A DNA stretch of 41,028 nt, taken from contig NW_021835338.1 of NCBI RefSeq assembly GCF_006345805.1, positions 1 through 41,028 of the forward strand. The letters are read 5' to 3'. Source of the stretch: Octopus sinensis (taxonomy: Eukaryota). Shown piece after piece: positions 24,901 through 36,759 of the stretch; positions within the stretch are counted from its first letter, which is position 1, and every line of letters begins with the position of its first letter. The notes under the pieces are model-generated. The model was given only the letters and a program-made list of their open reading frames with translations. It did not search any database and was not told the origin of the DNA. Both the position numbers and the translations under genes were made by a program.

Positions 24901-25305
24901 CAGCCACAAGGACAGCGAGCCAACGAGCGAACCTCCATGCTGTGGAGGTTAAGAAGTTCACTTTGCGGTCACGTGGTTTCGATTTCAGTCCTACTGCGCA
25001 CCACCTTGGGCCAAGTATCTTCTGCAATAGTCTCGGGTCGACCAATGCCTTGTGCGTGAGTTTGGTGGAGGGAAACTGTGTGGAAGACTTACTTGTATGT
25101 ATGCATGTATGTATGCATGTATATGAAAATATACAGGCGCAGGCGTGGCTGTATGGTAAGAAGCTTCCTTCACAACCACATGGTTCCAGATTCAGTCCCA
25201 TTGCGTGGCACCTTCGACTAATGTTTTTAATTATAGCGTCGGCCCGACCAAAGTCTTTTGAGTAAATTTGGTAGACGGAAACTGAAAGAAGTCTGTCATA
25301 AATGC

Positions 25306-26511
25306 TAGGGGGTGCCCAAAAGAAACCGGTATTTTGCAAAATTATTTTATTCACTTACTTTTACATGTTTCATCATCATTATCATCATTGTTAGACCGTG
25401 GTCGAGACAATGGAATTTACTATGTTACGCCAGACTTCACGGTCCATGATAGCATTACGGAGGTCCTGTTGCTGGATGCTTGTATCCCTGGAGATAACAT
25501 CAGGGTAGGAGAGTGTGCGCCCTCTGGTATTGCGAGTAGATAGCTTCCAGAGGAGAAGAGTAGAAATTACTTCTTTTTCAGCTCTACAACAATGTCCAGC
25601 AAACTGGACTCTCCTACCTTTCACAAGGGATGACACAGGTGGTAGTTTCCCATATATTTGCATTTTGGTTGGATGGCGCTTCCACGAGTGATTTTGAGCT
25701 CTCATAAGGAGGCGAGTGTAGGTTTACATTCATATCGCCTTCAAAGTATTCTCCATTTGAAGCAATGCATCGGTCCAGGCGCGTTTTCCACTATGCTGGA
25801 TCTCTTGCTATGTAAAACATTTTAACACCTCCCCGGTTTTTTCTTCACCTCTTACACACCAGCTAGTTCCGTAGCACGAGCTTTTGTCATCAGTAGAAAA
25901 AATGTCCGGAAGAATTTCAAACTGTTCTTTCAGTTTACAACACGCATTCAGTCGTTACTGCTTTTGATCTTCCGTGAGCAAGCAAGGCACAAATTTTGCT
26001 GCAATTCTTTTCATTTGCAATTCCTCGCTCAAAATTCGTTGGCAAGAGCTCCAGGATACACCAATCATATCTAAAACTTCGTCAATTCTTTGGTGACGGT
26101 TCATGAATTTTCGTGATGTTTTCATTCGGCTGTTTTCATTTGACGGTCGACCTGAACGAGGTTGGTCTTCAAGCAACAGGTCACCATTCCTAAAGCGTGA
26201 AAACAACTCGTACACTTATGTTTTGCTCATGGCGGCATCCTCGTAAGTTGCTTGAAGAACAACATCTGTTTCGGCCACCGTTTTCCTCAACAGAAAACAG
26301 AATTTCACGGAAGCAGACTGATTCTTAGTTTCAGCCATCACAAATATCGACGAATGGGAGGGAAGCACTGCAAAGACAAAGACGAACCATGTGGAAGTAA
26401 GATGAAAACAGGACGACTCCTGTCGGCAGAATGATGCCTGAGGGTTGTATCAAGTGACTTCTAGCGGCGGAAGCCTGAACCTTTCCGGTTAATTTTGGGT
26501 AGCCTCTTGTA
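25306..26511 (-). mobile_element. Internally deleted mariner with degenerate TIRs, carrying an RTE insertion
   Basis: ELFSRFRNG..EDQPRSGRPS..RIAAKFVPCLLTEDQKQ (25955-26215) and C-terminal WKTRLDRCIASNGEYFEGD (~25735-25795). Imperfect inverted ends at 25306-25329 (TAGGGGGTGCCCAAAAGAAACCGG) and 26485-26511. Most of the catalytic domain is missing. Confidence 0.8.
25367..25722 (-). mobile_element. 3' fragment of an RTE-clade LINE with (TGA)n tail and 7-bp target-site duplication
   Basis: ORF 25391-25705 (..RRVQFAGHCCRAEKEV..LLLWK..DLRNAIMDREVWR..). TGA-rich tail at 25371-25388. TTTACAT duplicated at 25360-25366 and 25723-25729. Confidence 0.8.
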
Positions 26512-26809
26512 TATATATGTATATATATCTTTGTATCTTTGAGTCTGTATATTCCCCACCCCACCCCTTGATAAGTGGTTATGTCCCCATAACTTAGCGA
26601 TTCGGCAAAATGGATCGATAGAATAAGGGGCAAAGCTTACAAAAATAATACATTCAACTAAAAATCCTTCAAGGCAGTGCCTCAGCATGGCCGCAGTCTA
26701 ATGACTGAAACAAGTAAAAGGTAAAAGATATAGCTGTGTGTGCGTATGTGTGTTTGTTGGAGGTGGGATGCGCGTGTGTGTGCCTATGTGTGCGTTTCCG
26801 TGTATCAGT

Positions 26810-26995
26810 GTGTCTGTCGTTGTCCTCCAGTACCACTTGGCAATCATTGTTGGTTCATTTGCTTCCCTGTAACTTAGTGGTTCGGCAAATTAGGCTGATA
26901 GAATAAGCACCGAGTTCGATTTGTGCGACTAAATGCTTCAAGATGGTACTCAAGCATGGCCACAGCCCAGTAACTGAGGCAAGTAAAAGATTAAA
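26810..26995 (+). mobile_element. SINE family A, diverged tail
   Basis: GTAACTTAGTGGTTCGGCAAA..GATAGAATAAG..GCATGGCCACAG. Confidence 0.7.
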
Positions 26996-27164
26996 CAGAA
27001 ACATCTCTCACAAATAAAACCCCAGGAGAAGAAGGGAACATTGAGAGATCTAGCACTAGGCCTCAACCAGGGTTCACATCACCTTTGAGGGTCCTATGTA
27101 CTTCTATGCCGCTAAGCATTTCGGGGGGGGGGGGGGGTAACGATTTCTGCCAGCTCGCCGCCTT

Positions 27165-27207
<43 letters not shown>

Positions 27208-27240
27208 TTAATGATGATTGATGATGATGATGATGATAAA

Positions 27241-27766
27241 TGCCCCGATACAGTACCAGACAGTGGCTCTTTGGGCTTCTGATCTTACCTGATTGGAAGT
27301 GTTAACATGTACATTGTTTTGTCTTGGTATAAAAGATGGGCTACAGCAAATATCCTGTTCAATACCACAGATTTGCTTGTCAGTTGTTTGATCAACACCA
27401 GTTGAGTATTTCCCTTAGTGGCTGGCGATATGTGCATCTCTGATCACGAGCAGAAGTGAAGGATTCTTTGGGGTTTGAATAATTCACCTCTGGAAACATG
27501 GGTGTTTCGTTCAACATCTTTAAACAACTCTTATTCAGGGACCTTTTGAGCGGGATGGGCTACTCGACCAGAAGAAACTTCTAACTGGGCCCCACATGCA
27601 AGGTCATGCGCTGTTTATCTTGATATGAGATCACCATGTCGCGCACATATGGTTGTGATGCATGTGCCTAGTGTACCCTGATCAGACAGGTAGTCATGAT
27701 GGTTATACTGGGCTTCGTATATTTTAACCCAGTGTCACTTTGATGGCATGCACTGATCTCTCACTT
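27241..27766 (+). repeat. Non-coding ~520-bp interspersed element, copy 3 (longest)
   Basis: Same family, between (AAT)n/(GAT)n on the left and (AAT)n on the right. Confidence 0.9.
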
Positions 27767-27776
27767 AATAATAATA

Positions 27777-27845
<69 letters not shown>

Positions 27846-27928
27846 TAATAATAATAATAATATAATAATATAATAATAATAATAATAATATAATAATAGC
27901 AATAATAATAATAATAATAATGATAATA

Positions 27929-27989
<61 letters not shown>

Positions 27990-27990
27990 C
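27765..27990 (+). repeat. (TAA)n microsatellite
   Basis: Direct inspection. Confidence 0.97.
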
Positions 27991-28168
27991 CTTTCTACTG
28001 AAGGAACAGGGCCTGAAATTTTTGGGGAAGAGGATAGCTGATTAAATCGACCTCAGTGCTCAACTGGTCCTTATTTCATCGACCCCAAAAGGATAAAAGT
28101 CGAGGTCGACTTCACCGGAATTTCAACTCATAACGTGAAGACAGGCAAAAACCACCGAGCATTTTGCC
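27990..28168 (-). mobile_element. SINE family B, diverged copy
   Basis: Degenerate core and head. Confidence 0.7.
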
Positions 28169-28782
28169 TTAATAATAATAATAAAAATAATGACAGCAAC
28201 AAGAGCAGCCATAACACCATCTACAACAGTAGCAACCACAATGCCAACAGCAGCAACAACCACAGAGATAACAGCAACAATTGGCATGACAACAACGAGA
28301 GCAACAACTGCAATAAAATTTAGAGCACCAAGACACGCAGCAGCACTAACTGCAATCAGAATGCAATAAACAACGATGGATCTGTAATAATTATGTTTCG
28401 TCACACTTCGTCCGTGCTGTATCTTTCGACAACGGCTTAAGGCATTAATATTAATGAGGCGAAGGAATGTTCCTGATTAATGTGGAGCCTACGGCTGACA
28501 AGTCATGGGTACGGGTTTCGATTCTAGGTTCGGGACAAATCCATTTCATTCGACTTCTTGAATGTTACAAACATCATTGTTACGTAAATACACACACACA
28601 CACACACACACACAATATATGAATATATGTATGTATAGATATATAAGCACACGCACATATTTGTACATATACCTGTATAATATCTTATGGAAGCTGAAAA
28701 GTTTCACTGTCAGGGTTTCACGTAAGCGATCATCAGATATATTTGTCTGTATATATGCACATATACATACATACATACATAT

Positions 28783-28815
<33 letters not shown>

Positions 28816-28831
28816 GAGTGTGTGTGTGTGT

Positions 28832-29089
28832 ATTCTCTTGTTTTAGTAACTTGACTGCTACCATGCTGGGGCACCGTCTTGAAGGGTTTTAGTCGAGCAA
28901 ATCGACACTAAGACTTTTTGTAAGCTTAGTAGTTACTCTGTGGGTCTATTTTACCCAACTGCTAAGTTACGGGGGACATTAACACACCAACACCGGCTGT
29001 CAAGTAGTGGTGATGGCGGTGACAAACACAGATGCAAAAACACGCACGCACAAACACCACACACACACACACACCATATATAATATATA

Positions 29090-29131
<42 letters not shown>

Positions 29132-29213
29132 ATATATACATATATATGTAATATATATATAATAGTATATATGTATGCATACATATATACCTATATACGT
29201 TATATACATACAA

Positions 29214-29244
<31 letters not shown>

Positions 29245-29424
29245 TAGATAGATAGATACAATGACGGGCTTCTTTCAGTTTCTGACTACCAAGTCTACTG
29301 CCAAGGCTTTGGCCGGCCTGCGGCTAATGTAGAAGACGCCTGCCTTAAGGTGCCACACAGTGAGTCTGAACTCGGAACCATGTGGTTAGGAAGCAACTTC
29401 TTACCGCTCAGCCACACCTGCGCC
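28832..29424 (-). mobile_element. SINE family A, full length
   Basis: Tail 28832-29020, microsatellite linker, head 29262-29424. Confidence 0.85.
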
Positions 29425-29929
29425 TATATATTGTATTAGTATATATTTTTGTTTTACACACACACACACATCTACACACATACACGTGTTTTACATACGC
29501 ACATTCTTATCTATGTACGAGTATGTATGTATGTATGCATGTGTATATGTATGTGTCTGTGTAAGTATGTGAATGAGTGACTGTGCATGCGTCTGTTTTT
29601 ATCTATGCCGCTGTCCTATTTTACAACTTATGAGACACAACAAAGAATTAGCCACACCTTAATTTAATGAAAAACAAAATAAGTGGAAACAAGAAGAATA
29701 AAAAAAATAAAATACCCATAAAAAGATAAACAATTATGAGAAAAATACTTTTATTTCTAAGAAAATAAAGAAATAAACCCTTCACAAATACACATAATTC
29801 GCTTTAGCTCCTCTTCGTCCCCCTTCAACATCGTAAAGTCATAGTTATATGGGTAACATTATTTAAAGTTACTCGGCTATGTACTCACCTTCCTAAGTTA
29901 ATAGGCTAATTTATACATATATACATTCA

Positions 29930-29962
<33 letters not shown>

Positions 29963-30248
29963 TGTTTTTGTGTCTCTCTTTTTGTCTCAAAGCCGTAGGG
30001 CGCCTGTGTCATCCATGTTTTTAACCGTTACTGTCTCCAAAAAATATTTTTCGTTTCACGTTCGTCTCTGTTGCGTTGCATTCTTTCCTTCTATGGCTGG
30101 CTGATTCAGAGCGGATCTCAGAATTAAACAGCCGAAATCTGCGATGAGGGATCAGTTTCTGACTGAAGAATGAAGGCTTTGAATGACCCGTTTGTCTTTT
30201 TGTTCGTCCCTTCGTGTATTTCACGTTATTTATTTATGTAAAGGTTTA

Positions 30249-30279
<31 letters not shown>

Positions 30280-30419
30280 CATACATACATACATACATAC
30301 ATGCTACATACATTCATACATAAATACATACATGCATACATGAATACATTCATACATACATACATATAGCAAAATATAAGGCAACACATACGAATCTGCG
30401 CATATACATACATCCATAC

Positions 30420-30500
30420 AAACAAAAATACCATGTTGTTGATGTTGAGTTTCCAATGAAGGAGTCTTGGATCTAGGTTAGAAACCGGCTCTTTCTATAT
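30420..30500 (+). repeat. Second copy of the RLE-LINE 3' tail
   Basis: TTGTTGATGTTGAGTTTCCAATGAAGGAGTCTTGGATCTAGGTTAGAAACCGG matches about 38392-38447. Both copies follow (TACA)n. Confidence 0.75.
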
Positions 30501-30507
30501 TACTGTT

Positions 30508-30616
30508 TTACTCTTTTTTTTTTGTTTCAGTCATTTGATTGCAGCCACACAGGGGCACTGCCTTTAGTCGAACAAATCTGCCTCCGGACTTATTCTTTGT
30601 AAGCCTAGTACTTACA
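30508..30616 (-). mobile_element. SINE family A, tail fragment
   Basis: TTGTTTCAGTCATTTGA..CGCCTTTAGTCG-like segment..TTCTTTGTAAGCCTAGTACTT. Confidence 0.75.
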
Positions 30617-30696
30617 GAGAAAAAAAATGTGTGTATATATATAATATATATATATATTATATACTTTATTTTAAGCAGCAGAAAATTCAACAAAAT

Positions 30697-30734
30697 CTGT
30701 TACTCTGCGTTTCTCGTTGCCGTTCATCAGACAG
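30697..30734 (-). ncRNA. Minimal type I hammerhead ribozyme fold
   Basis: Minus strand: CTGT-CTGATGA-A-CG-GCAA-CG-A-GAAA-C-GCAGA-GTA-ACAG. 4-bp stem I, GNRA-capped 2-bp stem II, complete catalytic core. Confidence 0.7.
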
Positions 30735-30807
30735 TTTTTGCTAGAATGGAACTTTATATTAATATATATATTTATATATTAATATATAAGTTCCATTCTA
30801 GCAAAAA

Positions 30808-30844
30808 CTGTCTGATGAACGGCAACGAGAAACTCAGAGTACAG
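30808..30844 (+). ncRNA. Hammerhead fold, mirror copy lacking the cleavage-site nucleotide
   Basis: CTGT-CTGATGA-ACGGCAACGA-GAAA-CTCAGAGT-ACAG. One A is missing relative to the minus-strand copy. Confidence 0.55.
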
Positions 30845-30944
30845 ATTTGTTGAATTTTCTGCTGCTTAAAATAAAGCATATACTCTACCACTGGTATTTG
30901 AGTACTCTTTTTTCCACCTTGTTTCACATTTATGTGTTTACTCC

Positions 30945-31065
<121 letters not shown>

Positions 31066-31564
31066 TTCGCCATGATTGATCGCTTGGCATTTTTATTTTC
31101 TCTCTCTGCTTATTTCTGTGTTCCTTTCTGTTGAAGAGCGTAGGCTCGAAGCGTAAAAAACTTTCTCACTTCCTGGCGTTAAACTAATACACCCGTTTGT
31201 TGCTTACAAACCCGTCTTCGTCTTTTTGTTTTGTTTTTTTTTTGTAAATTCCAACTATATACATCCATACACATACACACATACACACACACACGCATAT
31301 ATATATGTATATATGTATGTATGTATGTATATATTGTCACCACCACAAGCATCAAGAACTTCAACGGCACCACTACCACCTCTGCCACCACTGTCACCAC
31401 TGCCACCACCACCAGCACCACTACCACTATCACCACCGCCACCTCCGCCACCACCACCACCATTATCATTATCATCATCATCACCACCACCACTACCATC
31501 ACCACCACTATCCCACCACTATCCCGCCACCACCACCATCATCACCATTATATATACATACATA

Positions 31565-31645
<81 letters not shown>

Positions 31646-31746
31646 TATGTATATATACATATATATACACGTGTAAGTGGACAAACGAAAGAAGGGCACT
31701 CACTGTATTTATTGGGAGTTACATGTATGGATCAAAACAGTTTGGT

Positions 31747-31858
31747 TTAGATTCCTTTAGTACTCCGAGTTTCAAACCTAATCCTCAGCCATTCAAATTT
31801 CTAATGGCTGAGGATTAGCATCGCGCTTTGAAACTCGGGGTACCAAAGAATTTGACTA
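31747..31858. repeat. Inverted repeat with 9-nt loop
   Basis: CTAATCCTCAGCCATT/AATGGCTGAGGATTAG and GTACTCCGAGTTTCAAA/TTTGAAACTCGGGGTAC. Confidence 0.88.
31805..31845 (+). ncRNA. Minimal type I hammerhead fold within a palindrome
   Basis: TGG-CTGAGGA(31808-14)-TT-AGC-ATCGC-GCT-TT-GAAA(31830-33)-CTCGGG-GTA(31840-42)-CCA. Confidence 0.6.
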
Positions 31859-31875
31859 AGGCTGTTTATATATGT

Positions 31876-32312
31876 GGTGCAGGCGTGGCTGTGTGGCAAG
31901 AAGTTTGCTTCCCAAGCCTATGGTTCCGAGTTCAGTTTCACTGCGTGGCATTTTGGGCAAATGTCTTCTAATACAGCCTCGGGCCGACCAAACCTTTGCG
32001 AGAGGATTTGGAAGACGGAAATTGAAAGAAAGCCGCCTTGTGTGTGTGTGTGTGTATTTGTGCGTGTGTATGTGTGTGTATGTGTGTGTGTATTTGTGCG
32101 TGTGTATGTGTGTGTGTCTTTGTGGATGCATTTGACCCCTCCTCCATCGCTTGACAAGCGATATTGGTGTGTTGTTTATGTCCCCAAACTTTAGTGGTTC
32201 GGCCAAAGAGTCTGATAGAATAAGTAGTTGGCTTGCAAAGAATAAGACCTGGAGTCGATTTCTTCGACAAAAGGTGGAGCCCCAGCATGGCCGAAGTCGA
32301 ATGCCTGAAACG
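31876..32312 (+). mobile_element. SINE family A, full length
   Basis: Head GGTGCAGGCGTGGCTGTGTGG, (TG)n linker, tail. Confidence 0.85.
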
Positions 32313-33461
32313 AGGAAAAGAGGAAAAGAGCAAATATGATCATTTGTCACCACTACAAACATCAAGAACTCCAACGGCACCACCACAACGAGTATCACTA
32401 TTACACCATCGCCACCACCACCACTACCATCTCTGCCACCACTGCCACCATCCAACCATGAAGAACTCCGACCCCACCATCTGCTCGGACCACCCTCAAC
32501 ACCACCGACACCACCACTATCACTTCTACCAACATAATCAGTCATACTACCACTATCACCACCGCTACCGTCATCATCATCACCACTCACACCACCATCA
32601 TCATCATCATCATCATCATCACCACTACTACCATCACCACCACTATCCCAACACCACCACAATCATCAGCATTATCACCACCGCCACCACTATTGTCATC
32701 ATCATCAGCATTATCACCACCACCACCACCACCACCATGATCATGATCATGATCATCATCATCATCACAACCATCACCATTATCATTATCCTCATCATGA
32801 AATCACCACCACCACTACAACCATCGATCAAGAACCCCGATGTCACCACCGCAACAGCCATCACCACTACTCACCACCACCATCATCGCCACCACCAACG
32901 CTGAGGTTACTACCACCACTACCACCGCCGCCACCACAGCTGCCACCACCATTGACACCATCCAACCAGGAAAAATAACCCCCACGATGCTACCATCCAC
33001 ACCACCACATCTACTTCAACTTCAATTGCCTACATACTCTTTTGTTAAAATGTCGGTTGACAAGGTGAATTGAAGGCTTGTTACTATGTCTTTAAAATTG
33101 CTTGTCACTGTATTCAATATAGTTGTCATAAGATTAAGATCATATGTTAGGGTCGTATCGAATAGAAACGCCTTTATCGTAATATATCGCATTCTTTTTT
33201 ATTTTTTTATATTTTTTCAATGTGTTTTTCAGGTAAAAGGAAAACAAAAGTGTGCCTTGGAAGGTGGCGAAAATTGGGTAGCGTGTGTTTTTGTTGCCCG
33301 TTTGTGTATATGTATGTTGTTTGTATATGTCTGTATTACTGGGCGTATGTGTTTAGATACGTATGGCTACGGGCGTGTGTATACGCATTCATCCAGACGT
33401 CAATCTCTTCCAATTTTTCTCTGTTCATATACATCTTTATATATATACATGCATATATATA

Positions 33462-33511
<50 letters not shown>

Positions 33512-33761
33512 GAAACGTAGAGTAGATGAAACCATGGCGACTAAAGAAGGGGTTTTTTCCTTGTGTTATTTGTCCTGTACTATTTTTTTGTTGTTTAAAA
33601 AAAATGTCCAGTTCCTTGTGTTTGTATCTATGTTTTCGTTTCTCATTGTGTTCGACGTTTTTTTGGTGTCCTGTACTCATATATGCGTGTATATATACAT
33701 GTAGAGGTTGGTACGTACATATATGTACATATATATGCATATGTTTCATTTATTAATATAT

Positions 33762-33809
<48 letters not shown>

Positions 33810-34170
33810 TGTATGAATGCAACACTGATTCTTATATATTTATATATATCATATGATGTTTATTTATTTATATATTATTATATTTTTAAACGTCGGACTT
33901 TATATTTACTTCTGTTCTGTAGATATAAATGAATATATTAATATATGCATGTGTTTGATCTTTCTGTGTGGATTTTAGTAATGTTCCTTTAGCTACTGCT
34001 TTTAATGCATTGGTTGCGCTCAGATTAAGAAGTGGCATATAGCTCATTTGGAGCACTACAACTCCAGTCTGTTTTATATTTTGAATATTGTTATTACTAA
34101 CGATCTCAAGATATAATTATGTATTTCGTATTATATACGAAATATATATATATATATATATACATATATA

Positions 34171-34330
34171 CGACAGGCTTATTTCAGTTTGTCTACCAAA
34201 TCCACTTACAAGGCTTTGGTCGGCCCGAGGCTATATTAGAAGACACTTGCCCAAGGTGCCACGCATGGAACTGAATCTGGAACAGTGTGGCTGGTAAGCA
34301 AGCTACTTACCACACAGCCACTCCTACGCC
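34171..34330 (-). mobile_element. SINE family A, head
   Basis: Reverse complement of the family A head. Confidence 0.85.
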
Positions 34331-34379
34331 TATATTTAGGATAATCTACTTGCACCTTTTTTTACGACGGTAAACTGCT

Positions 34380-34930
34380 TTCTATCCTACATGGTGATCG
34401 CCTGATGGCAATGCAAACATGGAAATTGACTATGTTTGCATCAGTGGAACTTGTGTACAAGATTTCTGACTCCACCAAGGTATCGTGTTGATCAGAAGAT
34501 CATCCGGTGAAAATGACAATGAAGCTTGAACTAAGGGGGAGAAAAGAAAAGAAAAGAAAAGAAATCAGTAGAAAGACTAAAGGACACTAGAACAGCAGAG
34601 CTGTACTAGTTACAGTTGAAGAGCACATTCCAGCCTTCGCTGAACCTCGCCAGTGTTAATTAGTAGCGGATTACATTCCATAAAAAAAACTGCAGAACGT
34701 ATTAACGGTTGTGGAAGAGATCAAGAAAGATGCAGTAGACGAAGGAAGGATTATAGAATTTAATCGATCGCTGTTTGGATGAGATGAATAGAGAAGAGGC
34801 ACGACAAAGAATACAATACAAAGACAATGAAAGACATATTTATCACCACTTACCTTGCTAGAAACGACCGGAAACAATGGGTTGTGAGGTATTATCTGAA
34901 GAAGCACATTATTGCGAAACTACTGTTAGT
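34380..34930 (+). pseudogene. Decayed LINE (probably RTE) AP-endonuclease C-terminal region
   Basis: TW*SPDGNANMEIDYVCISG matches the TWxSPDGxxxNxIDY motif, followed by a degenerate SDH-like segment and EHIP/W-SEE remnants. Heavily mutated. Confidence 0.6.
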
Positions 34931-35034
34931 AATATAAAGAACGGATAGCTAGCGAATAAACAGAGACATATTGTACATTGTTCTCTGCAATTTATCATTC
35001 CGTTTCCTTTTGCTCAATATTGCATATATAAATA

Positions 35035-35381
35035 CAGTGTACATTTAAACACATAAGAGGTATCCATCATAGGACTACCTGCACGCTAGAGAGGACAGTT
35101 AAATTCCAAACCACTATTAGGGATAAAATTTCGAATGAAATGAAAAATTAAAAAAATTACCATCTAACTCGTGGACCAATGGTTTCAGACGACGTTTTTT
35201 AGCAAATAAAATAATTGGCAAAAGTGTCTGAAACCATTGGTCCTGGAGTTAGATGGTAAATGTTTTTATTTTTCATTTCATTCGATATTTTATCCTTAAA
35301 AGTGGTTTGGAATTTAACTGTTCTCTCTAGCGTGCAGGTAGTCCTATGATGGATACTTCTTATGTGTTTAAATGTATACTG
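35035..35381. mobile_element. Tc1/mariner-type MITE with ~160-bp TIRs and TA duplication
   Basis: TA|CAGTGTACATTTAAACACATAAG... and ...CTTATGTGTTTAAATGTATACTG|TA. Arms pair over about 160 bp around a ~30-bp spacer. Confidence 0.85.
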
Positions 35382-35463
35382 TATCTATAGAAATAACATA
35401 TAGTCTATAGACTAAATCTTTATACTCTAGGCCACTGGTAATGGAAATTTCTAATATTTCAGA

Positions 35464-35504
<41 letters not shown>

Positions 35505-35507
<3 letters not shown>

Positions 35508-35692
35508 TTACTTGTTTCAATCATTTAACTGTGGCCATGCTGGAGACCGCCTTTAGTCGAGCAAATCGACCCCGGGACTTATTCTTTGTAAGCCCAGTAC
35601 TTATTCTATCGGTCTCTTTTGCCGAACCGTTAAGTGACGGGGGACGTAAACACACCAGCATCGGTTGTCAAGCAATGCTAGTGGGACACACA
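35505..35692 (-). mobile_element. SINE family A, tail
   Basis: Close reverse-complement match to 8590-8790. Confidence 0.85.
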
Positions 35693-35704
35693 CACCACAC
35701 ACAC

Positions 35705-35777
<73 letters not shown>

Positions 35778-36049
35778 GATAGTATGTTTTGTATGTATGT
35801 ATGTATGTGTATGTAGTCATGTATGTATGTATATGGGTGAGTGGACAAACGGGAGGAAGAGGCACTCCACACATTTAGTAGGAGATACATATATATTTAT
35901 TTAAAACAGCTTAATTCGGCTTCATGCGGCTCAAAGTTACTTTCGGAAGCTTTAGCTCATCAGGTTCAGTTGACTGGGTTCGACGAGCAAGGATTTTGTA
36001 ACAAGTCCACGAAATTGTAAGTCGCATGGGGCCGACTCAAACCCTTTTC

Positions 36050-36271
36050 AATAATGGTAATAGTAAGAATAATAATGATAATAATAATAATGATAATAAT
36101 AATAATAATAACGACAACAATAATAATAACAATAACAATAATAACAACAATAATAAAAATAATAATAATAATAATAATAACAATAACAATAATAATACCA
36201 ATATTAATGATAATAATATTAATAATAAGAACAACAACAACACTAATAATAAGATAATAATAACAATAATG

Positions 36272-36344
<73 letters not shown>

Positions 36345-36430
36345 TAATAATAATAACAACAATAATAATAACAACAATAATTATGATGATGATGGTGATC
36401 ATGATGATCATGATCATGATCATGATCATG
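36050..36430 (+). repeat. (TAA/CAA)n then (GATCAT)n microsatellite
   Basis: Direct inspection. Confidence 0.95.
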
Positions 36431-36519
36431 GTGGTCGCTCTTGTCGATTTCGTCGCATGAGTGTTTGAAAGAGAGGTCTTAAAGAAAGGAAAAAATAAGA
36501 AAAAAGTGGGAAAACAAGT

Positions 36520-36730
36520 TTTAAAAGGAAAAGGACAAAAGAAGCTGCATGCATTTGCGATGGATGCTTGAATACAATTTGAGTCCAGGAATGGATTTTG
36601 TTATGATGGGGACAATGGGGACACTGGTGATTTTGATTTTACCAGGGACTGGACAAATGCGTTTATTGATTGCAGGATATAATTCTTTTATTGTTCTTGT
36701 TTCTTCAACTCTTGATGCATTATGATACAT
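36520..36730 (-). pseudogene. Possible very old R4/Dong C-terminal remnant
   Basis: KITSVPIVPIITKSIPGLKLYSSI resembles ETIPIIVGALG..ITKTPGLTNTYNI of the 10.3-kb copy. Adjacent to a long (TAA)n tract. Confidence 0.35.
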
Positions 36731-36759
36731 TTTACACCATTCAGATCGATCTTCCCAAT

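Larger units (their letters stand above)
25136..26730 (+). mobile_element. SINE family A split by the mariner (head 25136-25297, tail ~26520-26730)
   Basis: The head ends ACTGAAAGAAGTCTGTC just before the mariner TIR. The TA-rich linker and tail resume after the other TIR. Confidence 0.8.
30662..30878. repeat. Near-perfect ~90-bp inverted repeat around a TA-rich spacer
   Basis: 30662-30753 pairs with 30788-30878. Confidence 0.92.
31330..33010 (+). repeat. ACC/ATC-rich low-complexity arrays interrupted by (TA)n, a palindrome and a SINE
   Basis: Direct inspection. Confidence 0.85.

Noticed and set aside
35925-35970. Minus-strand CTGATGAGCTAAAGCTTCCGAAAG
   Set aside because: Four extra bases before GAAA and no stem I pairing.
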